A program made the position numbers and the translations under genes. The notes under the pieces are model-generated. The model was not told the origin of the DNA. It was given only the letters and a program-made list of their open reading frames with translations, and did no database searches. From positions 18,786,001 through 18,850,000 of the forward strand of contig OZ024763.1 of the NCBI GenBank assembly GCA_964016885.1: a DNA stretch of 64,000 bases, read 5' to 3'. Each line of letters starts with the position of its first letter. Position 1 is the first letter of the stretch. Shown in pieces: positions 38,590 through 51,532 of this stretch. This DNA is from Eledone cirrhosa. Its lineage: Eukaryota.

Positions 38590-39420
38590 CCCACCCTTAT
38601 TACAGCACCCCCACCCTTATTACAGCACCTCCACCCTTATTGCTGCACCACCCACCCTTATTGCTGCACCACCCACCCTTATTACAGCACCCCCACCCTT
38701 ATTACAGCACCTCCACCCTTATTGCTGCACCACCCACCCTTATTACAGCACCACCCACCCTTATTACAGCACCCCCACCCTTATTACAGCACCTCCACCC
38801 TTATTGCTGCACCACCCACCCTTATTACAGCACCACCCACCCTTATTACAGCACCTCCACCCTTATTGCTGCCCCATCCACCCTTATTGCTGCCCCATCC
38901 ACCCTTATTGCTGCACCTTCCACCCTTATTGCTGCACCTTCTGCCTTTTTAACAGCACCACATACCATATTCTAACTCTACATACCCTTATTACAGCACC
39001 ATGTACCATTATTTCAGCTCAATCCACCATTATTTCAGCTCAATCCACCATTATTTCAGCTCAATCCACCATTATTTCAGCTCAATCCACCCTTATTTCA
39101 ACACCATCCACCCTTATTACAGCCCCATCCACCTTTATTTCAGCGTCCTCCACCCTTTTTTTCAGCACCACCATCCACCCTTATTACAGCACCATGTACT
39201 ATTTCCAGCACCATCCACCATTTTTACAACACCATCCACTCTTATTACAGCACTATCTATCTTATTCCAGCACCAACTACCTTTATTTCAGCACTACCAT
39301 CCACCCTCATTTCAACACCATTCACCTACCATTTTCTAGTACCATCCACCTGTGTTCGAGCACCATGTACCATTTTTCCAGCACCACCAACCCTAATTTC
39401 AGCACCAAACACCCTTTCCC
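38590..39420. repeat. 19/22-bp minisatellite (CCACCCTTATTACAGCAC) decaying 3'
   Basis: Direct periodicity. Confidence 0.9.
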
Positions 39421-39548
39421 AATAGTCAGGGCTGTGGTTGTGTCATTCCAATCAGCAAAATCATTTTGTATTAAGGAAAAATGTTGAGTGCAACATCAGG
39501 TTTATTCTAACAATTTTGATATGGTATCATTGGGTAGCACAGGATAGA

Positions 39549-40265
39549 GTAAAATACATCAAACTGATAGATCAGGTTATGAAAGTGGCAGAAAGGATAT
39601 TAGCACAACTAATTAGAGAACGGGTCAAACTAGATGAGATGCAGTTTGGTTTTGTGCCTGGGAAGAGTACAACAGATGCCTTTTTCTTGGTGAGACAATT
39701 ACAAGAGAGGTTCTTAGAGAAAAATAAGCCACTATACTTAGCTTTTGTTGACCTAGAAAAGGCCTTTGATAGGGTACTTCGATCTGTCATCTGGTGGTCC
39801 CTAAGGAAACTAGGTGTTGAGGAATGGCTTGTGGGGACAGTGCAAGCTTTGTACAGAGGTGCTGTCAGTAAAGTCAGGGTAGGAATGGAGTTTTGTGAGG
39901 AATTCCAGATACAAGTAGGAGTACATCAGGGTTCAGTCCTCGGCCCGCTCTTGTTCATTATAGTCCTCCAAGCCATAACAGAGGAGTTTAAGACTGGCTG
40001 TCCATGGGAACTTCTCTATGCTGACGATCTGGCTCTTATAGCAGAATCAGTAGAGGAGCTAGAGAATAAATTCTGGCTATGGAAACAGCAGTTGGAATCA
40101 AGAGGTCTGAGAGTGAACCTAGCTAAAACAAAGGTGTTGATGAATAGAAAAGAGGACAAAACTCTGATTCCGTCAGGGAAAAGGCCATGTTTGATATGCA
40201 GAAAAGGAACTGGCATAAATTCTATAAAATGTACACAATGCAGATGTAGCGGGATAGCAGGCAAT
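39549..40265 (+). mobile_element. RTE LINE reverse transcriptase fragment
   Basis: QFGFVPGKSTTDA..AFVDLEKAFDRV..GVHQGSVLGPLLF..LYADDL..VNLAKTKV followed by a Cys cluster. Confidence 0.9.
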
Positions 40266-40916
40266 ACGTATGCAGTAGATGTACAGGGAAATTTGACAAT
40301 CGCATTGATAGACAGCAGAGAGAGTAACAGACTCTACACATTGGTCAGAGCAGTGTTTCAGCTGTGCCCTGCGCTCTGCAGACAAGAACAAAATAGCAAA
40401 GGATTTAGACAGAATGTATAACATTATATACATCCTACATATGTTTCTACAATTGAAGAAAAATTAAAGATGGGAAATAGTTAAAAATTTGAGGCATGGC
40501 TATTATACTTCCTCCATTTTTTACCCAACTTTATATATAGTGGTGGTAGGGTGGGGTGGGATATGGTGAGTGGTTGGGGAGGGGCAGAGTGAGTACGCAG
40601 TTGGATTGGTGGGGGGCTTGCGTCTGATTATCCTTGCGTCTGATTATCCTTGCATCTGATTATGATATCCTTATTTTATTTTATTTTGAGGTATGTAAAA
40701 ATTAATATTTTTGTTTTGGGGAGTTTTTTGTTGTTTTTTTTAATTATTTTTTTTTTTTTTACATTTTATTTTTATTCTATTTGGATTTTTACGTTTTTTC
40801 TTCTCACCCCTCCCCTCCCTACTATTCCACATTATCTGTGAGGTATCTTTGGATTTTGTTTTTGATTTTTTTCTTGCTGTGGTGGGTGTGTTTTTCTTCT
40901 CCCCCTCCTCTATTAA

Positions 40917-41015
40917 CCTTCAGCACGCTGAATTTTTTTATGAATTACTTCCCTTGACACTGTATTATGTCTTAAGGGGGAGATTACTCTAGTGTCACCA
41001 ACAGCGTGCTGAAGG
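40917..41015. mobile_element. ~100-bp TTAA-flanked MITE with 14-bp TIRs
   Basis: TTAA|CCTTCAGCACGCTG ... CAGCGTGCTGAAGG|TTAA. Degenerate relative at ~54916-55003. Confidence 0.8.
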
Positions 41016-41869
41016 TTAACTAATATTCTCTCTGTGTTTCTTGGAAGTTACACATTTAACTCAACTTACAACTCCTGGGTTTTATTGCTGGTTTTCTTTT
41101 AACACACACACACATATACATATACACACACACACATATACATACACACACACACACACACACCAGGCACATACACACATATACATATACACACACACAC
41201 ACACACCAGGCACATACACACATATACACACAGAGCACAGACACATATGCACACTCCCGACACACACATATTAGACACACATACACCTGACACGTACCCT
41301 CTAGTGACACACACAGCCAACACACACACACACACACAACAAACACACACACATTCATACACACATACACACTCCCGACACCCCCCTTCCCAACACACAC
41401 ATATCCGACTCACACACACAGCCGACACACACACGCACACACACCTAACACACACACACACACCCGACACACACTTCTTTGCCCACTTATTCCTGAGAGG
41501 GTCATGGGGGCAGAGTCCTCAAACACCCCTTCCAGCAGGCCCTGTCAGATGAAGCAACCATCTCCAACTGATCCAGCTGGATCCCCAATTGAGATAAGCC
41601 AAGCTTATGGATAACACACACACACGCACACACACTCTCTCATACACACTTTCACATACACACACATACTCATACACTCACTCACACACAAACAAAACAT
41701 CAACTATGTCTGTATTACTCTTTCTTCAGCTTTTTTTTTTCTTTGGTTTTATTTTTTTCCTTTTTTTAATTAAACTTTAATTAGGTTTACAGTCAAATCT
41801 TTGTTATCTTCACCTAAAATTATCCAAATTTCAAATTTTCCAAACCAGATTTTAAGGTCCTGTGAATAT

Positions 41870-42950
41870 TTAACTCTTTCATTACCATATTTTTAATGAA
41901 AGACACTGGCTATTAATTTCAAACTATTTTTAAAATAATCAAAAAATTGGAGAGGTTTAGTAATATAATTAATTTTCACATTCTTAAGTTGGTGTTTGGA
42001 ACATAACTTAAAGTCTCATACATAAAATTAAGATGGAAGGATTTAGTAATATAACTAACTTTCTCATTATTGAGCTAGTGTTTGGAGCATAACTTAACCC
42101 ATTAGTATTTACACTACTCTATATACACTATGATATTTACTATTAAATTTTCACAGTAAAGGATTGAGTCTGAGATTTTGATATTTATTCTGAGAACAAT
42201 ACATTAACATCAGTATGAATGGCTGGCTACAGCTGGTTTGAACAGAAAGAGGTGAGAGAATTCTGGCCAAATATGGCCGGTTTAAATGCTAAAGGGTTAA
42301 CAAAGATTGTTACATAAAATTATGATGGAAGGATTTTAGGTAAATATAAACACTTTAACCTTTTTGTTAGCATATTTTTAATGAAAGATACTGCTTATTA
42401 ATTTTGAAAATAATTAAGGATTTAGAGAGATTTAGTAATATAATCAATTTTCTCATTCTTAAGTTGGTGTTTGGAACATAACCTAACAAAAGTTCATACA
42501 TAAAATTATGATGGAAGGATTTTAGATAAATATAAACACTTTAACCCTTTTGTTATAATATTTTTAATGAAAGATACTGCTTATTAATTTCAAACTATTT
42601 TGAAAATAATTAGGAATTCTGAGAGATTTTATGATTAATAATCTCATTATTGAGCTGGTGTTTGGAATATAACTTAACAAAGATTCATACACAAAATTAT
42701 GATGAAACATTTTTAGATAGATAAAAACACTTTAACCCTTTTGTTATAATATCTTTAATGAAAAGATACTGCCTATTAATTTCAAACTATTTTGAAAATA
42801 ATTATGGATTTAGAGAATATAATTAATTTTCTCATTCTTAAACTTAACAAAGGCTCTCACACAAAATTATGATGAAACATTTTTAGGTAGATATAAACAC
42901 TTTTCATGAAAGATACTGCTTGTTATTTTCAAACTATTTCGAAAATATTA
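41870..42950. repeat. Diverged ~180-bp tandem repeat (TTAACCCTTTTGTTA..ATGAAAGATACTGC..)
   Basis: About 5 units; related monomer start at ~28548. Confidence 0.75.
42098..42296 (+). mobile_element. Unexpanded ~200-bp copy of the TTAA MITE
   Basis: Same TIRs. Inserted at AACTTAA|CAAAG; a neighbouring tandem unit (~42671) shows the empty site with a single TTAA. Confidence 0.85.
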
Positions 42951-43129
42951 AGTAATATGTTGATGATGATGATTCGTGTCAAAAATATATGACTTAAAGT
43001 TTCAGGTAAACTTCAAATATATATTTCTATTTTGGTTTTTCTCAAATCTATATTGGTGTTGCTATTTGGATTTAAACTTTCACTCTCCCTCTTTCTTTCT
43101 TCATTGGTTGTGGTTCTTTGGTTTTTTAA

Positions 43130-43334
43130 CCCTTTAGCATTTAAACCGGCCATATTTAGCCAGAATTCTCTCACCTCTTTCTGCTCAAACAGGCTGTAAC
43201 CAGCCACTCATTCTGATGTTAGGGGATTGTTCGCAAAATAAATATCAAAATTTCATAGATTTGATATTATGTGAGATAAAACCTTTACCGTGAAAATATA
43301 ATAGTATATATAAAGTAATGTAAATGCTAAAGGG
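43130..43334 (-). mobile_element. Unexpanded copy of the TTAA MITE, reverse orientation
   Basis: TTAA|CCCTTTAGCATTTA ... TAAATGCTAAAGGG|TTA. Confidence 0.85.
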
Positions 43335-43494
43335 TTAGGGTTTTTTCTTTATCCAGTCATCATGACTCAGACTTTGCTGCTAAATAAAATATTTGTTGTT
43401 TATGTTGATTTCTTTTAATTTTTCTATATTCATAACATAGAATTATTTATTAAAGAAATTAATTGTATTATGAACTATTAATGTTGATATTATT

Positions 43495-44700
43495 GAGTTC
43501 AAATCCCGCCAAGATTAACCTTGCCTTTCATCCTTACGGGGTCGATAAAATAAAGTACCAGTAATGCACTGGGATAATTGCTGGCCTTGTGCCAAAAGTA
43601 GAAATAATTATCATTATTATTATAAGGTGGTGGATTGGCAGTATCGGACACCATGCTTTATGGCATAGAGTTATGGCTCTTTGCGTTCTGAGTTCAAATC
43701 CTGCCAAGGTTAGCTTTGCCTTTCATCCTTAAAGGGTTGATAAAATAAAGTACCAGTAATGCACTGGAGTTGATTTAATCGATTTTTCCCCTCCCCCAAA
43801 ATTTCTGGCCTTGTGCCTATATAAGAAACCATTATTATTATTATTATTATTATTAAGAATAATACAAACTTTCCAGTTAACTCATAACAATGACTGAGAT
43901 AAGAAATTCTTAATAATAATAATTGTTTCTACTTTTTGGCACGAGGCCAGCAATTACCCAAATAAAGTACCAGTAATGCACTGGGTAATTGCTGGCCTTG
44001 TGCCAAAAAGTAGAACCAATTATTATTATTAAGAATTTCTTATCTCAGTCATTGTTATTAGTTAACTGGAAAGTTTGTCCTAATGAACATCAAACTGCTA
44101 CCTAATGCCTCAGATATTCAGGACGTATCAGAGGGTCCTTGCTGTTTCCCAGTAAGCATGACTTTTGAAGTGTTCCAAAAAAAAAGGGGGGGGGGGGGGG
44201 CTAGACTAATGTTCTTTAACCAGCCTTGGCAACTCTTCGATACAGTACCTAGTTCTCCTATGATGATGGGGACAATCTAGATCTTATGACAGTCCGAAAT
44301 CTTTTTCAGGGTCCTTGCTGTTCCCAGTAGGCATGCCGTTTGTTGAAGTGTTCCAAAAAAGGGGGCTGGACTAATGTTATTTAACCAGTCTTGGAAACAC
44401 TTTGAGATAGTACCTAGTGCTCCTATGACAACGGGGACAACCTTGATCTCATGACAGTTCCACATCCTTTTCAGTTCCTACTTCAAATCCTGGTATCGGT
44501 TAATTTTCTCCTACTCCTTTTCTTGCACTATTGTGTCAAAGGGGCCAGCTACATCTATAATCAAGCAAGATCTTTTGTTCTTTGTCAAAAACCACCAGGT
44601 CACACCTATTGTGTTCTAATTCTTTATCCGTTTGTATCCTGAAATACCATGGCACCTTCACCCGACCCTTTTCTATCAATGACTCTGGCTTAAGTACCAG
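43495..44700. mobile_element. SINE family B cluster (+) joined to tandemly duplicated Dong/R4 3' fragments (-), with a fold-back at 43864-44078
   Basis: SINE cores at ~43520 and ~43715; WNCHEIKVVPVVIGALG..ACLLGTARTL on the minus strand, duplicated. Confidence 0.8.
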
Positions 44701-44711
44701 TAACACACTGT

Positions 44712-44757
<46 letters not shown>

Positions 44758-45709
44758 CAGCTCACACCTATGCAGGTTTAGCTGACCTCCTCCAAGGTAT
44801 ATCTCGTTGGAGGTGTCTTGGGTGATTTAATAATAGGGACCCTACTCCTATCATCTCATTTCTACAGCTGAGTAAACTGGAGCAATGTGAAATAAAGTGT
44901 CTTGCTCAAGGAATTAACACATCACCCGGTTCAAGAATTGAACTTACGATAGCAAGCCCTATGCTCTAACCACTAAGCCATGCGCCGTCACTTTCTTCCT
45001 TCTTTTCAAATTACTGGGTTTGTACCAATAGTAAAAACAATTATTACTTTATCTTTGTTATGTTTGTACTTTTGGCTTTCGGCCTTTATTTTTAAACAAT
45101 CTCTGATAGATAATAATAATACAATTAATTTGTAATTGTAATTATATAATTATCTATCTCTTGTGTTTGTAAATCTACTTACTGTTCTGTTCCTGTTTCT
45201 GTAGTGACCAACATCAACAACATGCGCACTCTCTCCTTTTTTCCCTTCTACCCCTGGGGACACAGAATGGCAGAATGGTTAAGACACCCGCTTCTCAATC
45301 ACCCGGTTCTGGGTTCAATCCTGCTGAAGCTCACGGAGGAGATGAGGAAGGATCAAATTAATAGTTGATCATCTGTGAAGCTGCAGGTGTTTATGATGCT
45401 GAGATCATCTCATTAAACTGAGGGGTGGGGGATTGGCAGTATCGGTAGAGCGTCAGACGCCATTCTTTTCAGCATAGTGTTATGGCCTTTTGCGATCTGA
45501 GTTCAAATCCCGCTGAGGTTAACTTTGCCTTTTGTCCTTACGGGGTCGATAAAGTAAAGTACCAGTAATGCGCTGGGGGTAATTGATGGCCTTATGTTAA
45601 AAGTAGAAACAATGAAACTGGTGATCCTCACATGAGCTACTCTTTACTATGAGACAAGCAGGGTTTTTATCGAGGTTTACTCCTCTAGATCTGACCTGTT
45701 CTGCTAGAC

Positions 45710-46296
45710 CAGGGTTTCCCAAACTTTTTCAAACAAGGAGCCCTTTTTGGTTCAGAAACTTTTGGGGGAACCCCAAAGTCTAATACTGTTATATGGTTGT
45801 TATATAAATATACTCCTCTACCTTTTTTTTCACGAATTCCCAGACACTCCTTTGTAGAACCCTTGGGTTTCATAGAACCCCAGACACTCCTTTGTAGAAC
45901 CCTTGGGTTTCATAGAACCCCAGACACTACTTTGTAGAACCCTTGGGTGTCATAGAACCCCAGACACTACTTTGTAGAACCCTTGGGTGTCATAGAACCC
46001 CAGACACTCCTTTGTAGAACCCTTGGGTGTCATAGAACCCCAGACACTCCTTTGTAGAACCCTTGGGTGTCATATAACCCCAGACACTACTTTGTAGAAC
46101 CCTTGGGTGTCATATAACCCCAGACACTACTTTGTAGAACCCTTGGGTCTCATAGAACCCCAGATACTACTTTGTAGAACCCTTGGGTGTCATAGAACCC
46201 CAGACACTACTTTGTAGAACCCTTGGGTTTCATAGAACCCCAGACACTACTTTGTAGAACCCTTGGGTTTCATGGAATCTACTTTGGGACCCACTG
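45710..46296. mobile_element. hAT/Charlie-like MITE with an internal 40-bp tandem array (~11 copies)
   Basis: CAGGGTTTCCCAAA ... TTTGGGACCCACTG termini; imperfect 8-bp TSD TGCTAGAC/TGCTATTC; unit CCCCAGACACTACTTTGTAGAACCCTTGGGTGTCATAGAA. Confidence 0.75.
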
Positions 46297-46529
46297 TGCT
46301 ATTCTATCCTATGATATATGAAAGGCACCACATGTAGGATGTAGATATTCACCACACAGGTCAGTGTTTGAGCTGTAAGGGGCCAGGTGCTCAGCTTGAA
46401 TGAGTATATATTGCCCATCATTAGTTCCCTGAGTGACATGTTGAACAGACACTGGGACACATGGAGGACACCATAAAAGACCATCTAGTGCCAACTAGTA
46501 AAATCTACTGCAGCTCTGCCCTAGAACAT

Positions 46530-47115
46530 TCTTGTATTCTAATAACCCTATATTCTGGAAATCTTGAATTCTAATAATCCTATATTCAGGAAATTTTGAA
46601 TTCTTATAATTCTATATTCTGGTAATCTTGTATTCTAATAATCCTATATTCCGTGATTCTTGTATTCTTATAATCCTATATTCTGGTAATCTTGTTTCTA
46701 ATAATTCTATATTCTGCAAATCTTGTATTCTAATCATCCTATATTCTGTGATTCTTGTATTCTTATAATCCTATATTCTGGTAATCTTGTATTCTAATAA
46801 TTCTATATTCTGGAAATCTTGTATTCTAATAATTCTATATTCTGGAAATCTTGTATTCTAATAATCCTATATTCTGTGATTCTTGTATTCTAATAATCCT
46901 ATATTCTGTGATTCTTGTATTCTAATAATCCTATATTCTGTGATTCTTGTATTCTAATAATCCTATATCCTGGTGAGACTTATATTCTAATAATCTTAGT
47001 AGTGGTATTGAGCCCAGGTGGTGCTATTAAGTTAGACATGCCTGGGCCAATACTGGTCAAAACCTATCAGTTATATTCTGAAACTCTTGTATTCTAATAT
47101 TCCTATATTCTGCTA
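46530..47115. repeat. ~31-bp AT-rich minisatellite (TCTTGTATTCTAATAATCCTATATTCTG..)
   Basis: Direct periodicity. Confidence 0.9.
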
Positions 47116-47687
47116 ATTCTTGTTTTATTCTTATGACATAATATTTTAATTATTGAATGAAATTATTGCTAATTATTTTTTAATTAAAATAATGTTGAAA
47201 TGGTGAATGTAAATGTGATAATGCTAATTCCTGTATGTGATAATTCTAATTCATTTTGTATGAAATCCATTAACTTCTGCATGAGGTAATGATAATTATG
47301 ATAATCTTAATTATGATAATCTTAATTATGATAATCTTAATTCCAGTATAATGTAATGTTAATTCTTTGGTAAGATAAATAATATTAAAATGTGTGTGTA
47401 TGTATGTGTGTGTGTGTATGTATGTATATGTATATATATATGTGTGTACATATCTATATATGTCTGTGTGTGTAGGTGTGTTTGTATGTATGTGTGTATG
47501 TATGTATGTGTGTATGTATGTATATGTATGTGTTTACAGATCTATATATGTATGATTGTGTGTATATGTGTGTATGTATGTATGTATGTGTATATATGTA
47601 TGTGTATATATATATATGAGTGTGAGTATGTGTGTGTGCATAAGAAACAGAGAGAGAGATTGATGTTCCAATGTGTTTTCTTATAAT

Positions 47688-47744
<57 letters not shown>

Positions 47745-47747
<3 letters not shown>

Positions 47748-47979
47748 GGAACGAGTAGGACCCCGACGGCTGAGCTCAAGCCATTTCGACGGCTAATTCT
47801 GGACTAAATGAAAATTTTTATCCGATAAAAATTTTCATTTAGTCCAGAATTAGCCGTCGAAACAGCTTGAGCTCAGCCGTCGGGGTCCTACTCGTTCCTA
47901 TTACCCACTCTACTACCCTAAGTATTGAGTACTTTGGTGCATTATGGTCCACCTGGTTCCTTACCACATTTCCTTTGTT

Positions 47980-47980
<1 letters not shown>
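47745..47980 (+). mobile_element. (TA)n-inserted fold-back element with hammerhead 3' half
   Basis: Inverted repeat 47745-47901; GAAA-CAGCUUGAGCUCAGCCG-UC. Confidence 0.7.
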
Positions 47981-48030
<50 letters not shown>

Positions 48031-48064
48031 GAAGAAATTAAAAGATGGTTAAAAGAGTTCCATA

Positions 48065-48134
48065 TATTTTATTATGCGCATTTCGAATACAAAATCATCC
48101 TGGGACAAAAATTGTGTTCTCATCAGATAAAATA
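48065..48134 (-). ncRNA. Minimal type I hammerhead ribozyme
   Basis: Minus strand: UAUUUUAU-CUGAUGA-GAACACAA..UUGUAUUC-GAAA-UGCGCA-UA-AUAAAAUA. 8-bp stem I, G-C-closed stem II, palindromic AUGCGCAU stem III, AUA site. Confidence 0.85.
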
Positions 48135-48191
48135 GGGTAACATGTTACCCTATTTTATCTGATGAGAACACAATTTTATATATATATATAT

Positions 48192-48524
48192 GGAGGTACA
48201 TGGCTTAGTGGTTAGAGCATTGGGCTTGCAATCGAAAGGTGGTGAGTTCAATTCTCAGACCGGGTGATGTGTTGTTTCCTTGAGCAAGACACTTTATTTC
48301 ACATTGCTCCAGTTTACTCAGCTGTAGAAATGAGATGATAGGGACTGGGGTCCCTATCATTCCACTGCAAAATGGTCTTGGAGGTGCCATGGCAAAAAAA
48401 GCACCCAGCACTCACTGTAAATGAGGTTGGTGCTAGGAAGGGCATCCAGCTGTAGAAATCAAGCCAGAATCAGTTCCTGTCCCACCCTTGCAAGCAGGGA
48501 AAAACTGGACGTTAAATGAAATGA
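48192..48524 (+). mobile_element. SINE family A, full length
   Basis: A and B boxes, core and RTE-like tail. Confidence 0.85.
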
Positions 48525-48537
48525 ATATACATACATA

Positions 48538-48721
48538 TAACAAAAGAATTGTGGTAAGGAACCAGATGGACCATAATGCACCAGAGTACTCAATACTTAG
48601 GGTAGTAGAGTGGGAAATAGGAAAAAGTATGACCTCGACGGCAGAGCTCAAGCCGTTTCGACAGCTATTTCTGGACTCGAAACGGCTTGAGCTCTGCCGT
48701 CGGGGTCATACTTTTTCCTAT
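48538..48721 (-). mobile_element. Diverged third copy of the fold-back half-hammerhead element
   Basis: Inverted repeat 48617-48721; body similar to 30107-30245. Confidence 0.7.
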
Positions 48722-49056
48722 ATGTATGTGTATATATATATATAGTGCAAATTTATACGGGAACAAAACAGAGAGGCAGACAATATATATATATATATAT
48801 ACACATGAATATATGATATGGATAAACACTGATATAAGTATACATGTGTTCGCATTGCAAATGACCAAGTTAGCTAGATTGAAAAATACTAATTAAAATA
48901 ATACGGTTTGCCTGTCTCGATTTAAAATAATAAATCAATAAAAACAAACCTATATTGGCAAAAGCCGTGATACCTGGACAAATATGATTTAATTGTAAAA
49001 GACTAATTGAGTTTATAACTCTATATATAATATATATACACATATATTTGACAGTA

Positions 49057-49415
49057 GAAGTCGCATTGATAGACACATTTTTCAAATGCAGGTGGGTGCT
49101 ATAGAAGTGGTTGATAGCTTCCGGTACCTAAGTGATCAGATTAGCATGGGAGAGGTGTGTTCCGAGGCCATAGTATCTAGAATAAGGACGGGTTGGGGGA
49201 AGTTTAGGGAGCTGCTTCCTCTGCTGACGAAGAAGGGTTTCTCCCTGCGTACGAAAGGCCGGTTATATGATGCCTGTGTGAGGTGCGTGATGCTGTAATG
49301 GTAGTGAGACATGGGCAGCAACTGCGTGACAAGTGGAGAGATGTTGAATAGGACCCGTCCCACCCTTGCAAGCAGCGAAAAGTGGACGTGAAATGATGAT
49401 GATGATGATAATGAT
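49057..49415 (+). mobile_element. Internally deleted RTE 3' fragment, same family as 17858-18560
   Basis: AIEVVDSFRYL..RIRTGWGKFRELLPLL joined directly to the 3' tail and (GAT)n. Confidence 0.85.
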
Positions 49416-49416
49416 G

Positions 49417-49449
<33 letters not shown>

Positions 49450-49849
49450 TACACATACATTGCCCTGGATGTGGCCTGGCCCCCTTAGAGTGTAAGAAGT
49501 TAAGGATCAAAACACTTGCCATCGCTTCTGCCGGACACCACTTGGTGGCGCTGACCACCAGTGTTACATTCTATAACTATAGCTTTCAGAATGTTTATTT
49601 ATAAACATACCGTATATCTTTAGATATACAAAATTTCACATACATATTTTTATACAGCGATGTTTGAAGCTAAATTCTCATTCTATTTTAAGTTGAGCCA
49701 ATTTATACAGCTTCATATGCAAATGAGATTAATCACCTCGTTTACACAGACGAGAAAACTATATATTTTCGCCTGCAGTGGCAAGCAGGAAATATCTTCC
49801 TGATGAGGACCATTTCAGTTCGAAATTCATCGGCAGTTGTCCCCCTTGA

Positions 49850-51450
49850 AGATGGTGGTGGACATGTTGGTGATAGTGACAATGATGATCGTGAAGATGT
49901 TGATGATAGTAGTGGTGATGGTGATGATGGCGTTGGTATTGATGATGATGATGATAATGATGATGGTGGTGGTGGGGATGGTGTTGGTGGTGATGGTGAA
50001 GACGTTGATGGTGATGAGGAGGATATTAATATTGAAGACGACGATGATGATGATGGGGTGGTGGCGGTGGTGGTGAAGATGATGGTGGTGGTGATGATAG
50101 TGATGATGGTGGTGATGATAGTGATGATGGTGGTGGTGGTTGTGGTGGTGGTGATGAATATGTTGATGATGATGGTGGTGGTGGTTGTGGTGGTGGTGGT
50201 GATGAATATGTTGATGATGATGGTGGTTGTGGTGGTGGTGATGAATATGTTGATGGTGGTGGTGGTGGTTGTGGTGGTGATGAATATGTTGATGATGATG
50301 GTGGTTGTGGTGGTGGTGATGAATATGTTGATGATGATGGTGGTGGTGGTTGTGGTGGTGGTGGTGATGAATATGTTGATGATGGTGGTGGTTGTGGTGG
50401 TGGTGGTGATGAATATGTTGATGATGGTGGTGGTGGTTGTTGTGGTGGTGATGAATATGTTGATGGTGGTGGTGGTGGTTGTGGTGGTGATGAATATGTT
50501 GATGATGATGGTGGTTGTGGTGGTGGTGATGAATATGTTGATGATGATGGTGGTGGTGGTTGTGGTGGTGGTGGTGATGAATATGTTGATGATGGTGGTG
50601 GTTGTGGTGGTGGTGGTGATGAATATGTTGATGATGGTGGTGGTGGTTGTTGTGGTGGTGATGAATATGTTGATGGTGGTGGTGGTGGTTGTGGTGGTGA
50701 TGAATATGTTGATGATGATGGTGGTGGTGGTTGTGGTGGTGGTGATGAATATGTTGATGGTGGTGGTGGTGGTGGTGGTGGTGGTGATGAATATGTTGAT
50801 GATGGTGGTGGTTGTGGTGGTGGTGGTGATGAATATGTTGATGATGGTGGTGGTGGTTGTTGTGGTGGTGATGAATATGTTGATGGTGGTGGTGGTGGTT
50901 GTGGTGGTGATGAATATGTTGATGATGATGGTGGTGGTGGTTGTGGTGGTGGTGATGAATATGTTGATGGTGGTGGTGGTGGTGGTGGTGGTGGTGATGA
51001 ATATGTTGATGATGGTGGTGGTGGTTGTGGTGGTGGTGATGAATATGTTGATGGTGGTGGTGGTGGTGAGGAGGATGTTAATGGTGATGAAGACAATGAT
51101 GATGATGATATTTTGATGTTTAGGGGTCTAATTAATTTGTAACCCCAATAACTAGCAGCAGTAATTTCAGTAATATAACAATGGTGGTTGGTTGGGGGGG
51201 GGTCAATGGTAGTAGCCGGGGGAGGCAGTGGTGGTGGTAGTAGTGATTAATGGAAAGACTGTGTGTGTGTGTGTGAGGGAGGGGGGGAGCAATGGCAGTG
51301 GTGATGGTGGAGGAGAAAGTAGTAGTGGTGGTAGTGGTGGTGGTGGTGGAGTGGGAAAGTGGTAGTGGTGGTAGTCATTAGTGGAAAGGCTGTGTGGGTT
51401 TCTGAGGAGTGACAAATTATTTATTGACATGAGATGAAAGCATTTTTAAC

Positions 51451-51484
<34 letters not shown>

Positions 51485-51501
51485 ACTGCTGCTGCTGCTG
51501 C

Positions 51502-51532
<31 letters not shown>

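Noticed and set aside
43380-43420. AATAAA with downstream GT-rich tract as poly(A) site of a short isoform
   Set aside because: AATAAA is too frequent in this AT-rich sequence to call without transcript data.
45205-45280. Acceptor-like ttctgtag followed by an open frame
   Set aside because: Runs into a tRNA-derived SINE head with no credible donor.
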